NCBI GenBank assembly: GCA_001824255.1
Contig: MHWQ01000002.1
Location: forward strand, 205,446-269,445
DNA length: 64,000 nt
Source: Candidatus Zambryskibacteria bacterium RIFCSPLOWO2_02_FULL_51_21
GTDB lineage: Bacteria > Patescibacteriota > Minisyncoccia > Phycocordibacterales > Zambryskibacteraceae
Direction: 5' to 3'
Shown here: positions 1-10,012 of the stretch, piece after piece
How the letters are laid out: every line of letters starts with the position of its first letter
How positions within the stretch are numbered: position 1 is the stretch's first letter
The notes under the pieces: generated by a model
Told to the model about the DNA's origin: nothing
Databases searched by the model: none
What the model saw: only the letters and a program-made list of their open reading frames with translations
Translations under genes and position numbers: made by a program

Positions 1-620
1 TTGGCCTTCTGACTTGCTTCGACCACCGTCTTCTGCCCGGTAAGCTCGGTATTGAGACTGGCAATTTGCTTCCTCGCTGCCTCTTTCTTTTTCTTCTCTA
101 GGGAGAGCTCCTGCTTGGTATCGCGAAGAGTCGCTACCTCGTTACCCAAATCGCCGGAGAATCCCTCAAGCTGGCTTCTGTCCCGCCAAGCATCAGTGAA
201 GTTGGTGGAAGCCAGCATGTCTATCCAGAGCGGGCGCGTATCGTAGCCGGAGATGCTTCGGAGTGCCGTTTTAATCGCATTCTGATGGACATTAATCTGC
301 GCTTCTTTGTCCCCTATCGTGTTCTCAAGCGATTTGATGGAGAGGTCAGTCGAGCTTATTTTTGACTGAGTAATCTTGATATCAGTGGCGAGCTTCTTCT
401 TCGTTGCGTCAAGCGATTTCACCGCCGTGCCAAGATTTTGGCTCTCGCGATTTACCGCCTCAAGCTCGGTTTCCAGCCGTCGCTGTTCCGCCACGAGCGT
501 TTCTCTCTCGCGACGTATAACCTCCATTCTGGCGGATATCTGGGAGGGGTCAGTCGCTCTCGCGAAAGAAACAATAGACAAGAAGCAAGAAACGATGATT
601 AGAGCCTTAAATCTTCGCAT
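1..620 (-). CDS. Secreted coiled-coil protein (PcsB/EnvC-like N-terminus, possibly an M23-type murein hydrolase); runs off the window start
   Basis: Hand translation from the ATG at 620 (MRRFKALIIVSCFLSIVSFARATDPSQ...) gives a signal peptide and then a heptad-rich helix, open to base 1. It overlaps the gltX end. The C-terminal domain is not visible. Confidence 0.6.
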   Translation of the reverse strand, partial: MRRFKALIIVSCFLSIVSFARATDPSQISARMEVIRRERETLVAEQRRLETELEAVNRESQNLGTAVKSLDATKKKLATDIKITQSKISSTDLSIKSLENTIGDKEAQINVHQNAIKTALRSISGYDTRPLWIDMLASTNFTDAWRDRSQLEGFSGDLGNEVATLRDTKQELSLEKKKKEAARKQIASLNTELTGQKTVVEASQKA

Positions 621-1824
621 TTAGCACCATTATAGCTCTTTCGAGGCGCTTCAGGGACTTCTCTTTACCCAATATTTCCAGCATGGTGAAGGGGTCGGGA
701 GATGCCTCGGCACCCGTCAGGGCGTAACGCACGGGCCAGAGTACATTGCCCTTCCCTTCCCTCTCCGCGTATTCCATCAAATTTCCATTTTCTTCAATAA
801 TCTTCTTCGCTTCTGCCAAGTGCTTCAGCGTTTCTTCTTTCGAAACTTTCTTCCAAGAGATTTTCTCCACGTCCAAATCCGGCTCACCTGCCATGTAGGG
901 CTCGTTCTCAATTTCTTTTAGCAAAATTTTTCTCTGTCCCTCCTTGGGCAAGAGTTTAATATGTTCCTTGTTGACCCATTGGAGTTTTTTCACATCGAAG
1001 AAAGCGCTGCTCTTCTGCACATGAGAGAAATCAAAAACACCTATCAATTCTTGGAGAGTGAATATTTCTTGTTCCGTGCCGGGATTCCAACCCAATAAGG
1101 CCATGTAATTGATTATTGCTTCCGGCAGATAACCCTCATCCTTATAAGTGCTAAGCCAGACAGCTGCACCATGTTTGCGCTTCGAGAGCTTCTTCCTGGA
1201 TTCATCGACAATCACGGGCAAGTGAGCATATATGGGACGCTCCGCGCCAATCGCTTCTTGGATGAGAATCTGCCTCGGCGTATTAGAAATATGCTCCTCG
1301 CCTCTTATAACATGTGTCACTTTCGATTCATGGTCATCGACGACAACAGCCAGATGATACAGCGGTTCTTCCACGCTTTTTGCAATGACAAAATCTCCGA
1401 GTTCCGTAGTGTCGAATTCCACGGAGCCGCGCACCAGGTCATCGAACTGAATTTTCTTATTCGGATTTTTGAAGCGAATTACCTCATCTCTTTGACCTTC
1501 TTCTTTCGGCTCTTCCTTGGACACGTAGGCCAGGCCGTCATCAATCATTTTCTTCAAATATCCTTTGTAAACATCCGTTCTCTCGGATTGTCTGTAAAAT
1601 TCGTCATGCTCAAGGCCGAGCCATTTCAGTCCGTTCAAGATATCGTCTTCGTATTCTTTCTTATTGCGTTCTTTGTCCGTATCTTCGATTCTCAATATAT
1701 ATTTGCCGCCGTTGTGCCTTGCGAAAAGAAAATTAAAAAGCGTGGTGCGTACGCTCCCGATGTGCAGATAACCCGTCGGCGACGGCGCCATGCGCACCAC
1801 TATATTTTCATTTTTCGATTTCAT
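607..1824 (-). CDS. gltX: Glutamate--tRNA ligase (shortened)
   Basis: RMAPSPTGYLHIG (HIGH), LRIEDTD, KLSKR (KMSKS). Confidence 0.95.
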   Translation of the reverse strand: MKSKNENIVVRMAPSPTGYLHIGSVRTTLFNFLFARHNGGKYILRIEDTDKERNKKEYEDDILNGLKWLGLEHDEFYRQSERTDVYKGYLKKMIDDGLAYVSKEEPKEEGQRDEVIRFKNPNKKIQFDDLVRGSVEFDTTELGDFVIAKSVEEPLYHLAVVVDDHESKVTHVIRGEEHISNTPRQILIQEAIGAERPIYAHLPVIVDESRKKLSKRKHGAAVWLSTYKDEGYLPEAIINYMALLGWNPGTEQEIFTLQELIGVFDFSHVQKSSAFFDVKKLQWVNKEHIKLLPKEGQRKILLKEIENEPYMAGEPDLDVEKISWKKVSKEETLKHLAEAKKIIEENGNLMEYAEREGKGNVLWPVRYALTGAEASPDPFTMLEILGKEKSLKRLERAIMVLNAKI

Positions 1825-2953
1825 GTTCCAGCGCTATTTTCAAAATTTCTTCCGCCACGAGCTTGGCGGCGTCGGGTTTGTAGAAGGCCTTGGCGGCAGC
1901 TTTCATTTCGTCCCTGACAGGATGGTTCTCAACCAGTCGGTCAATCTCCGCGATTAATATATTAGGAGTGAGATTCATCTCTTCCACTACCGTGCAGGCG
2001 CCCGAACGGGCGTAGGCGAAAGCATTAGAGCGCTGGTCGTGGCTTACTTTCTCGTTTATGGGAATGATGATGGAAGGCGCGCCCCAGGAAGCGATTTCGA
2101 AAATGGTTGAGCCGGCGCGCGAGACCACGACCGAGACCAGGCCCGCGGCCATGCGCAGAGCGAGACTGTTGAGATAATCGAATACTTTGTAACGGTCTTT
2201 GTGCACTGAGCCGTGGAGCACCGCGTCCGCCGTCGCCTTGACCTCGGGAAAGTTGTTCGGGCCCGTCTGATGGATGACGGCATATTTCTCGACCAGAGTC
2301 TTCGCCGCTTCTATGACTGCGCCGTTGATTTTCTGCGAACCCTGCGAGCCGCCGAGAATAAGCACTACGGGGACGTCGGGTTCAAGCTGGAGGAACTCCC
2401 TCGCTCCTTCGAGAATTGGCGTGGCAATCTCCTTCCTCACCGGCTGGCCGGTGTAAGCGGTTTTCTCCGGGGGAAAGAACTGCCCCGCTTCCCGGTATGA
2501 AATCGCTATGCGCTGCGCGAACTTGCCGGCCCAGAGATTCACCCGGCCGGGCACCGAGTCGGACTCATGGATGACAACCGGGATGAAGAGAATGCGCGCC
2601 GCGAGTAGCGCCGGAAAGGAGGCGTAGCCTCCTTTCCCGAACACGACGTCGGGGTAAAGGTTGAAAACCTGCACGACGGAGGTCAGTATCCCCCACCCCG
2701 TTTTGAAAAGGTCGAAGAAGTTCTTGAGGAAATTGAGTCCGTTCTTCGAGCGCCTGAGCTTGCCGGCGCTGTTCTTCCGGTATTCGATGCCGTGTTCAAA
2801 GAGAGCGCCCGGGTTGTACGGCGTCGGCGACATGTAGAAGAGCTCGAGTTCGAGCAAATGCTTGTCTTTGGCAAGCGCCTTGAGCTCGTCGGCAATGGAA
2901 ATAATCGGGTAGAAGTGTCCTCCTGTGCCTCCGCCGGTGAATAGAATTCTCAT
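1808..2953 (-). CDS. murG: Undecaprenyl-PP-MurNAc-pentapeptide GlcNAc transferase
   Basis: GGGTGGH, GGYAS, GGSQG, SRAG motifs. Confidence 0.96.
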   Translation of the reverse strand: MRILFTGGGTGGHFYPIISIADELKALAKDKHLLELELFYMSPTPYNPGALFEHGIEYRKNSAGKLRRSKNGLNFLKNFFDLFKTGWGILTSVVQVFNLYPDVVFGKGGYASFPALLAARILFIPVVIHESDSVPGRVNLWAGKFAQRIAISYREAGQFFPPEKTAYTGQPVRKEIATPILEGAREFLQLEPDVPVVLILGGSQGSQKINGAVIEAAKTLVEKYAVIHQTGPNNFPEVKATADAVLHGSVHKDRYKVFDYLNSLALRMAAGLVSVVVSRAGSTIFEIASWGAPSIIIPINEKVSHDQRSNAFAYARSGACTVVEEMNLTPNILIAEIDRLVENHPVRDEMKAAAKAFYKPDAAKLVAEEILKIALEHEIEK

Positions 2954-4053
2954 GAAGATTTTTGGGACTTTGAGATAGAGAGAACGACTCCGATTTCGAA
3001 CACACTCAGGAAAAGCGAGCTGCCGCCGTGCGATACGAAAGGCAGTGTAATACCTGAGAGCGGTATCACTCCGAGCATGGCGCCGATATTGACGAATGCC
3101 TGGGAGATAATCATTATAACAATCCCCGCCGCCGTCAGTCTACCGAAGACGTCCGGCACATTGCCCGCGATTTTGAGCCCTCTCACAGTAAAAAGGGTGA
3201 ATATGGCGATGAGCAAGACCGAACCCACGAAGCCGAATTCTTCCGCCGCCACGGCGAATATCGAATCGCCCACCGGTTCGGGAAGGTAGGTGAATTTCTG
3301 CACGCTCTGGCCGAAGCCCTTGCCGAACAGTTTCCCTGAGCCAATGGCGATGAGCGACTGCTGGATCTGATAGCCAGAACCGAGAGCGTCCGAAGTGGGA
3401 TTGAGGAAGGTGGTGATTCTCTGCATGACGTAGGGCCGGGTGAAGGCGAGGAAGGTGATGCCCGCGAGGCCGGCCAGGGCTATCACGGCTATATGCCGCC
3501 AGCGCCCGCCGGCAGCCACGAACATGCCGAGTCCCGTCGCCACGATAACCATGAAGTTGTCCGTGTCCGGCTGCTTCAGGAGAAGCGCCCCGCAGAGACC
3601 GAGCAAAACAATAAGCGGCAGAAGGCCGCCGGAAAAAGTTTTGATTTTCTCCTTCGCCCCCGCAGCCCAGGCGGCAAAATAAATTATGAAAGCGAATTTG
3701 AGCGCTTCAGACGGCTGGAACGAGAGCTCTCCAACCCTAAGCCAACGCCTGGCTCCTCCGTGTTCGAAGCCGATGGAAGGAATAAGAACCAGAATATTGA
3801 GGACGACGGCGATAACCAGGAGATAGAAGGCCCATTTCTTCCAAACTTTGTAATCGAGCCGGGCGGCCAGAATCATGGCAATCGAACCAAGGAAGAGCCC
3901 GAGCACTGTCTGCGAGAAGGCGACGCTTGAATAGTTGGAAGTCTCCTTGGCTAGGAGCCCGAGCGAGGCGGAAGAGAAGATGAAGAAGCCTGCCACTATC
4001 AAAATCACGGTAATGATTAGAAATGTTTTGTCCGCTCTCATGCCGCGCGCCAT
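2950..4053 (-). CDS. ftsW: SEDS family peptidoglycan polymerase FtsW
   Basis: GARRWL, FQPSE, KQPD, GYQIQQS, LPFVSHGGSS; adjacent to murG. Confidence 0.93.
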   Translation of the reverse strand: MARGMRADKTFLIITVILIVAGFFIFSSASLGLLAKETSNYSSVAFSQTVLGLFLGSIAMILAARLDYKVWKKWAFYLLVIAVVLNILVLIPSIGFEHGGARRWLRVGELSFQPSEALKFAFIIYFAAWAAGAKEKIKTFSGGLLPLIVLLGLCGALLLKQPDTDNFMVIVATGLGMFVAAGGRWRHIAVIALAGLAGITFLAFTRPYVMQRITTFLNPTSDALGSGYQIQQSLIAIGSGKLFGKGFGQSVQKFTYLPEPVGDSIFAVAAEEFGFVGSVLLIAIFTLFTVRGLKIAGNVPDVFGRLTAAGIVIMIISQAFVNIGAMLGVIPLSGITLPFVSHGGSSLFLSVFEIGVVLSISKSQKSS

Positions 4054-4101
4054 ATAGAAAAAGATTATAGCATTTATAGACGCGGAACTGCCGTATCAAT
4101 A

Positions 4102-5115
4102 CTACTCTTGAACCCTGTTGTCGGCGTCGAAAGCAATGAAGGAAGTTTCAAGGGCCCGGGTCTGGGAGACGTAGCCGTTGGTGATATGGAGAGCGAGGAT
4201 GACAGCCATGACCACCGCGCCGTTCAAGATGAGGTCGGGATGCTGGTGCTTAATTTTGATGAAGATATTGAAAAGGAGTGCCAGCGTGATGATGCCCAAA
4301 ACGCTATAGAGCATGGCGTCCGTCGCCTGGCGGGGCGAAGCGGCTGCTTCTTTGAAAAATTCCTTGACCGCGTTCTGGGTAACGCGATTAGTGCTCGGAG
4401 ATTTGACTTGAGCTTCGCCGAGAACGTTTGCGGGTTCAGGCGAAGGCGGAGCGTTATTGAGCGAAATCTGGCCATGCTCGCTGGCGGACGAAAGCATGCT
4501 TTCGTCTGAAGATTTCGAGATAGAACGTTCCGCCGCAGCTACTACTGCCGGCCTACCGTAAACCTGCGCCACGAAGACCGTCTGGTTGCCTTTGTAAACT
4601 CCGGTGGCGATGCCGGTGCCCATCTCGGTATAAGCGCCTTTAATTATATTGGCACGGTGTGTCGGAGAATTCATCCAGGCCTCTGTCACGTCCGCCGAAT
4701 CAATGAAATTAACCGCCAGATTTTCTCCGGCATAGACATAAGAATATCCCGCTTTTTGGAACCAGTACCAGGGAGTCTTCCCTTCCGGAGAGGTGTGGGC
4801 GAAGTATGCGTTCCTCGCCATGTCTTCGGCCTTGAGACGCGCTGCTTCATCCAGAAGGGGATTTTCCCTTAGTTCCGGCAAATTATTTTCCAGACGCTCG
4901 GCGTTGGTGAGTGCCGAGAGAACGCCCGGAAGCACCGCCGTGACATTCAGAGTTTGGAGAAAACTGACGAAATTGAGTCCCGGCAGGACAAAGAGTATCA
5001 GCTCGAAGAATAGGATTACGCCTATAAGCTGAGCCGCGTTTTTGCGGTGAAGAATATGGGGCCTATGACCATTTCCCTCGTGCGGTATGAAGTGCTTTTT
5101 GAGCCACTTTTTCAT
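4102..5115 (-). CDS. CAP/SCP-domain membrane protein
   Basis: YFAHTSP, AGENLA, WMNSPTHRANI motifs with flanking TM helices; start placed at MKKWLKK. Confidence 0.85.
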   Translation of the reverse strand: MKKWLKKHFIPHEGNGHRPHILHRKNAAQLIGVILFFELILFVLPGLNFVSFLQTLNVTAVLPGVLSALTNAERLENNLPELRENPLLDEAARLKAEDMARNAYFAHTSPEGKTPWYWFQKAGYSYVYAGENLAVNFIDSADVTEAWMNSPTHRANIIKGAYTEMGTGIATGVYKGNQTVFVAQVYGRPAVVAAAERSISKSSDESMLSSASEHGQISLNNAPPSPEPANVLGEAQVKSPSTNRVTQNAVKEFFKEAAASPRQATDAMLYSVLGIITLALLFNIFIKIKHQHPDLILNGAVVMAVILALHITNGYVSQTRALETSFIAFDADNRVQE

Positions 5116-5150
5116 AATTTTATAATGCAGTAAAACCAGCTTAAAGTCAA

Positions 5151-6242
5151 TCAACTCTTAACCGAGGCCTTGATAATCGGCATATTGTCCGAGGGAATAA
5201 TTTCGAAACTGATGCGTCCGATAATAAGCCCGTCCGGAGTGGCGACATTTACCCGCCAGAGGCCGGGAGTCAGGTCCGATTTGGCAGAGAAGGTGCGGAA
5301 GCCCTCGCTGCGCCCGCCGGAGAGACGGAGAGGTACTCTGGTCTTCGTCTTCCATTCCCCGTCGCCCTCGTCGTAATACTGCCACTCGTGGACGATGTCG
5401 GTGTTGAGGTCGGCGGGAGAAAAAATAGCGCTGTAAGCGAAGACGGTATTGCCAGGCACGAGATGAATCTTCTGCCTCAAGCTCAAATACTTCGCGAGTC
5501 CACTCTCCTCTTCCTCAAGCACTCTGTAGCCGCCTTGCGGCAGCTTCTCGACATTGTGGTAGATACCGGCGTCTTTGAGCGATAAGGGAATCGGCGGTAT
5601 GAGATTAGTGAAGTAGAGAATATTAAAGAGGATAAAGATGGATGCGACCGAGAGCCAGATGCGCTGCCAGCTTTGTTTGAATCTTTCCCTCGCCACTCTG
5701 TTTAACACAATGATAAAGAACCAAAGCACGACAAGCGAGAGAATCCCGCTTGAGAGGAAGATTATCGCGCCGATTCTGTGGACGAGAAGCGGCAGAAGGA
5801 AAATCATGAAGACAAAAAGCGAGAGGTACAGAAATGCGAGCTGGAAAATTAGTCGTTCGTAATGCTTCTTAAAGACTTCGTTGCCGACGAGCGCAGCCAG
5901 GAGCAGGAGGAGGAACGGCCACGAGACGATGAGTGTTGCCGAGCGGAAATAGAAGATGAAGGAGGCGCCAAGCAGCGCTCCGAAGGAGAATTGCAAGATG
6001 TTCATGAGCCAGAAATATTTCCAGCTTTCCCTGCTATCGCCTGTGTTCTCGGCACGGTTTATGAAGATGATGCAAGCGCCGATAGAAACGAGATTCGCGA
6101 CAAGCCAGAGATTGTCCCAGAGCGAATCTATGCGCTGGAGAGTAAGCGAGTCGAACACGAAGCCGAACATAAGCGAGAAGCTCGAAACTTTCCTCTCGTT
6201 CTCTTCGTACCAACTTTTGAGCTGTGTAAGTTTAGCTAACAA
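5151..6242 (-). CDS. Multi-TM protein with DUF2914-like C-terminal domain
   Basis: Multiple TM segments, IPPIPLSL, then YSAIFSP...HEW...GGRSEGFRT...GLWRVNV. Confidence 0.7.
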   Translation of the reverse strand: MLAKLTQLKSWYEENERKVSSFSLMFGFVFDSLTLQRIDSLWDNLWLVANLVSIGACIIFINRAENTGDSRESWKYFWLMNILQFSFGALLGASFIFYFRSATLIVSWPFLLLLLAALVGNEVFKKHYERLIFQLAFLYLSLFVFMIFLLPLLVHRIGAIIFLSSGILSLVVLWFFIIVLNRVARERFKQSWQRIWLSVASIFILFNILYFTNLIPPIPLSLKDAGIYHNVEKLPQGGYRVLEEEESGLAKYLSLRQKIHLVPGNTVFAYSAIFSPADLNTDIVHEWQYYDEGDGEWKTKTRVPLRLSGGRSEGFRTFSAKSDLTPGLWRVNVATPDGLIIGRISFEIIPSDNMPIIKASVKS

Positions 6243-7299
6243 GGTAAAGTATTACGCCCGTTATGGCGCAGACAACCGAGACTATCCAGTAGCGCATGAC
6301 GACTTTCTCGCGCGGCCAGCCCTTCGCCTGGAAGTGGTGATGGAGTGGCGCCACGATAAATACTCTGCGCTTGTGGAAGAATTTGTAAACAAAAATTTGG
6401 ATGATGACAGAAGCGGTCGTCGCCACCAAAGGCAAGGCGATGATGGGCAAGAGCAGGACCGAATCGGTGAGAAAGGCAATAACCGCGAGCGTCACTGTAA
6501 GCGCGAGCATGCCGCTCTCCCCCATGTAGAAACGCGCCGGCGGCACGTTGAACCAGAGGAAGGCCAGTATGCCGCCGGCGATAGCTCCGGAAAGCGCCGA
6601 GATGTCGTATTGAGCGCCAAGGAAGGCAATGGCGGCAAAGGCGGAGAAGCACGAGGCGAGCACCCCGCCCGCCAGGCCGTCGAGCCCGTCTATGACTGAG
6701 GTTGAGAAAGTCCCGAGCACCACTAGGACAAAGAGCGGTATGAACCAGGCGCCAAGCATCCACGGGCCGTCAAAGGGTATATGGATAGAAACGAAATCAA
6801 GCTTGAAGTAGAACCACGAGGCAATGGCCAAGCCGATGAGAGTGACGAAAACGATTTTTACCTTGCGGTAGGCCAGAGCATCCTTGGCATAGCTACCCTG
6901 CCCGAAAATCTGCAGAAGGTCGTCGAAGAGCCCGATAATAGCGGTAAGGAAGAAGGCACCCAGGGGTACTACCGTCTGCGAGCGGCTGAAGAAGTTTACT
7001 TGGTCGAAGATGCTCCGCTCGCCGCCGAAGAGCCCTGCCGGGAAAAATTTCGAGAGTATGAAGATTAAGGCGACGGTAACAAAGACCGAGACCCAGATGA
7101 TGACGCCGCCGACACGCGGGGTCGAGAGTTCATGGTCGGTATTGTGAATCTCTTTGAAAGCGCCCGAGGTATCCGCTTCAGTCCGCGGACTCTTTTTCCA
7201 CATTTTATATTTGTAGAAGTAGCGGGTGAGAATCGGGGTGATGAAAATACCGGTGAAGAAAGTCAGAACTGTAGGAGCAATTATCTTTAAAATATCCAT
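6232..7299 (-). CDS. mraY: Phospho-N-acetylmuramoyl-pentapeptide transferase
   Basis: TPRVGG, GLFDD, DGLDGL, FYMGESG, APLHHHF. Confidence 0.93.
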   Translation of the reverse strand: MDILKIIAPTVLTFFTGIFITPILTRYFYKYKMWKKSPRTEADTSGAFKEIHNTDHELSTPRVGGVIIWVSVFVTVALIFILSKFFPAGLFGGERSIFDQVNFFSRSQTVVPLGAFFLTAIIGLFDDLLQIFGQGSYAKDALAYRKVKIVFVTLIGLAIASWFYFKLDFVSIHIPFDGPWMLGAWFIPLFVLVVLGTFSTSVIDGLDGLAGGVLASCFSAFAAIAFLGAQYDISALSGAIAGGILAFLWFNVPPARFYMGESGMLALTVTLAVIAFLTDSVLLLPIIALPLVATTASVIIQIFVYKFFHKRRVFIVAPLHHHFQAKGWPREKVVMRYWIVSVVCAITGVILYLVS

Positions 7300-9086
7300 T
7301 ATTTTATATACACATTGTACCAGAGCGCGAGCATGAGCAGGAGATAAATTTTCCTGGCGTTCTTGCGCGTATTTTCGAAAAGTTTTTCTATCTCACTTTG
7401 GTCAAAATGAGTCTGGATATAACGGCAACTCAAAATTTCTTTGAGCTGTTCAACGCCCAACCATTCCGCAACCGGCACGGGGAATCCCAATTTCTTTCTC
7501 CTTCGCGTCGATTCCGGCAGAATATTCTTGAACGCTTCGCGCAGAATATATTTCGTCGCGCCATTACGCCACTTGAACTTATCTGGAAGCTTAGAAGCGA
7601 GTGTTGCTACGAAACTATCAAGGAACGGCACGCGCAGTTCAAGCGAGTGGGCCATAGTCATCTTGTCAGCCTTGGCCAGGATGTCGCCCACGAGCCAAGT
7701 ATTGATATCTATGTATTGCATCTTGGCCGAATCGCTCAAACTTTTTGCCTCTTCGTACAAATCGCTAAGCTGATATCTTGCCTCGGAGCCGCCCTTCCAT
7801 AATTTCGAAATTTCCGATTGCTTGAAAATTGATGCATTGCCGATATAAGTGTCCTCAATTTTCTGGAGCGCCCTCTCGGCGTAATTTCTCCCACGCAGAG
7901 GAAGCTTCGACAGGAACTTCAATACGCCTTTCGGCAGGAGTGCCAGACGCCGTCGGGCGAATGGCTCTAGGTAAATGTTGTAGCCGCCGAAGAGTTCGTC
8001 GGCGCCTTCGCCTGAGAGCACCACCGTCACGCTCTTCCTCGCTTCGCGCGCAAGGAAGTAGAGCCCTATAGCCGAAGGGTCGGCCACCGGCTCGTCGAAG
8101 TGCCAGACCGCCTTGGGTAAGGTTTCAAAGTACTCTTTCTCCCCCACCGAGATTTCCGTGTGGTCGGTACCTAAGGGTTCGGAAGTTTCTTTCGCTTCAG
8201 CGCCCTCGCTTATAGTTTTGAATCCTACCGTAAATGTTTTTATTTTCTTTTCACCGCGAATCTTTTGCATCAAAGTGGCAATGATGGACGAATCTATGCC
8301 GCCGGAGAGGAAGGAGCCGACCGGCACATCGGCAATCAAGTGGTGCGCTACGGAATCCTTCATGAATTCGAGAATCTCTTTCTTTGTCTCGAGCTCGTCG
8401 AGAGATTTGTCGGGGCTAAATTTGAACTGCCAATATCGCTTCTTCTGCCACTCCCCCGTCATGAGGTCAATAGTCAGATAGTGAGCCGGAGGTAATTTGA
8501 AAACATTTTTGAAAAAAGTTTCTTCGAGCGGATTGTACTGATATGAAAGATAATTATATACGGCTATGTCGTTCACTTCCGCTTTGAAGTCCGGCAATTC
8601 GAGGAAAGACTTGATTTCAGACGAATACGCAAGGATTCGTCCGTCCTGTTTCAAATAGTACAGCGGTTTGATGCCGAAGAAGTCTCGGGCGAGGAAAACT
8701 TTTTTCTCTATAGTATCGTAAACGCAAAAGGCAAACATACCGCGAAGCTTCTTCAAAACGTCCGGGCCCCATTTCACGAATCCAGCCAGAATTACTTCCG
8801 TATCACTGTCCGTTTTCCAAAGATAATCACTTAGCTCTTTCTTAATCTCCTTGTAGTTATAAATTTCGCCGTTGAAAAATATTAGATATCTTCCGTCATC
8901 CGATGATATCGGCTGGTCGCCCTTCACCAGGTCGATGATGGCAAGCCGACGCATGCCAAGCGCCACGTACTCATCGGTATAGAACCCGTCATCATCAGGG
9001 CCCCGGTGTGCGATAACAGCCGTCATCTTCCCTATGAGTTCCTGCTTCGCTAGCTTTTTATTTGTAATTCCTGCTATTCCGCACAT
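7299..9086 (-). CDS. asnB: Asparagine synthase (glutamine-hydrolysing) family amidotransferase
   Basis: MCGI N-terminal nucleophile, HRGPD, FNGEIYN, LSGGIDSS, SGEGADE, ELRVPFLD. Confidence 0.93.
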   Translation of the reverse strand: MCGIAGITNKKLAKQELIGKMTAVIAHRGPDDDGFYTDEYVALGMRRLAIIDLVKGDQPISSDDGRYLIFFNGEIYNYKEIKKELSDYLWKTDSDTEVILAGFVKWGPDVLKKLRGMFAFCVYDTIEKKVFLARDFFGIKPLYYLKQDGRILAYSSEIKSFLELPDFKAEVNDIAVYNYLSYQYNPLEETFFKNVFKLPPAHYLTIDLMTGEWQKKRYWQFKFSPDKSLDELETKKEILEFMKDSVAHHLIADVPVGSFLSGGIDSSIIATLMQKIRGEKKIKTFTVGFKTISEGAEAKETSEPLGTDHTEISVGEKEYFETLPKAVWHFDEPVADPSAIGLYFLAREARKSVTVVLSGEGADELFGGYNIYLEPFARRRLALLPKGVLKFLSKLPLRGRNYAERALQKIEDTYIGNASIFKQSEISKLWKGGSEARYQLSDLYEEAKSLSDSAKMQYIDINTWLVGDILAKADKMTMAHSLELRVPFLDSFVATLASKLPDKFKWRNGATKYILREAFKNILPESTRRRKKLGFPVPVAEWLGVEQLKEILSCRYIQTHFDQSEIEKLFENTRKNARKIYLLLMLALWYNVYIK

Positions 9087-9088
9087 GG

Positions 9089-10012
9089 TTAGTTTTGATT
9101 AAGGCTCTTGAAAACCGCGTCGATAAGCATCGCCGCGTCTTCGAAGCGGCCTTTCTCGGTCGAGCCGAGCACAGTCACGATGACCGGACGCCCGAGCTCC
9201 GGGTCGAAGATAAGAGACAGATTGCCGCCGGCCGTCGCGGTGAAGCCGGTTTTAGACGCGAGGAGACCGGGGATGTCCCCCGCCAGAGCATTGGTATTTG
9301 TCGCCTTGTGGCTCTGCTTGTCGAGGGAAGAGAAGACGGCTGAGATTTCCCTCGTCGCCTCGAGATAGTCCGGGTGATGGATGAGAAGATATTCCATGAG
9401 CGCCGTCACGTCCCTCGCGGTACCGTAGGCGCCGCCCTTGAACTCTGTCTCGTCGAGGCCGGTCTCATTCTTGAAATAAGTGTTCCTGAGGTCAAGCGCC
9501 GCGGCTTTCTCATTCATCCTCATCACGAAATCGCCGATAATCTCATCCTCGGACGCTTCCGACTTACTCATTGCGCCGAGTGAGAGAGCCGCGGCACGGA
9601 TGCCGTCGTTCGAGGAGGAAATGAGCGAGAAATCAAGCAGGTCGCCGAGATTCCACTTTTCCCCCGGTTTGAGCCCGCTGTCTCCCTCGGCGGCGAGAGC
9701 CCGGCCGTCAATCGCCACCTCCGCGTAATCCGGGGAGAGCTCGCGCGCCACGAGTGCCGACATAACCTTGGTGAGAGAAGCAAGCGGCAGGCGGAGATTC
9801 TCGTTCTTGGCGTAGAGCACTTCTCCGGTGCGGACGTCATAGACGTAAACAGCCTTGGCCTTGAGCTCGATTTTTTCGAACGGGTTTTGAACCAATTCGG
9901 TTGGCACCGAATTGGTTCTGCGCTCAGCCCGGGAACCGATGAGATAAGAGCCGAGCATGAGAACCGTGAGCCCGGCTGAAAGAAGAACCAGGAATTTTAT
10001 TTCATCAGTCAT
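9089..10012 (-). CDS. D-alanyl-D-alanine carboxypeptidase (S11)
   Basis: SxxK (ASLTK), SxN (SSN), KTG; N-terminal TM. Confidence 0.88.
   Translation of the reverse strand: MTDEIKFLVLLSAGLTVLMLGSYLIGSRAERRTNSVPTELVQNPFEKIELKAKAVYVYDVRTGEVLYAKNENLRLPLASLTKVMSALVARELSPDYAEVAIDGRALAAEGDSGLKPGEKWNLGDLLDFSLISSSNDGIRAAALSLGAMSKSEASEDEIIGDFVMRMNEKAAALDLRNTYFKNETGLDETEFKGGAYGTARDVTALMEYLLIHHPDYLEATREISAVFSSLDKQSHKATNTNALAGDIPGLLASKTGFTATAGGNLSLIFDPELGRPVIVTVLGSTEKGRFEDAAMLIDAVFKSLNQN

Noticed and set aside
7005-7035. Possible third copy of the CAP/leuS element in mraY (GLFGGERSIF)
   Set aside because: Only short word matches; the outer stem and the TGGCCATGC core are absent.
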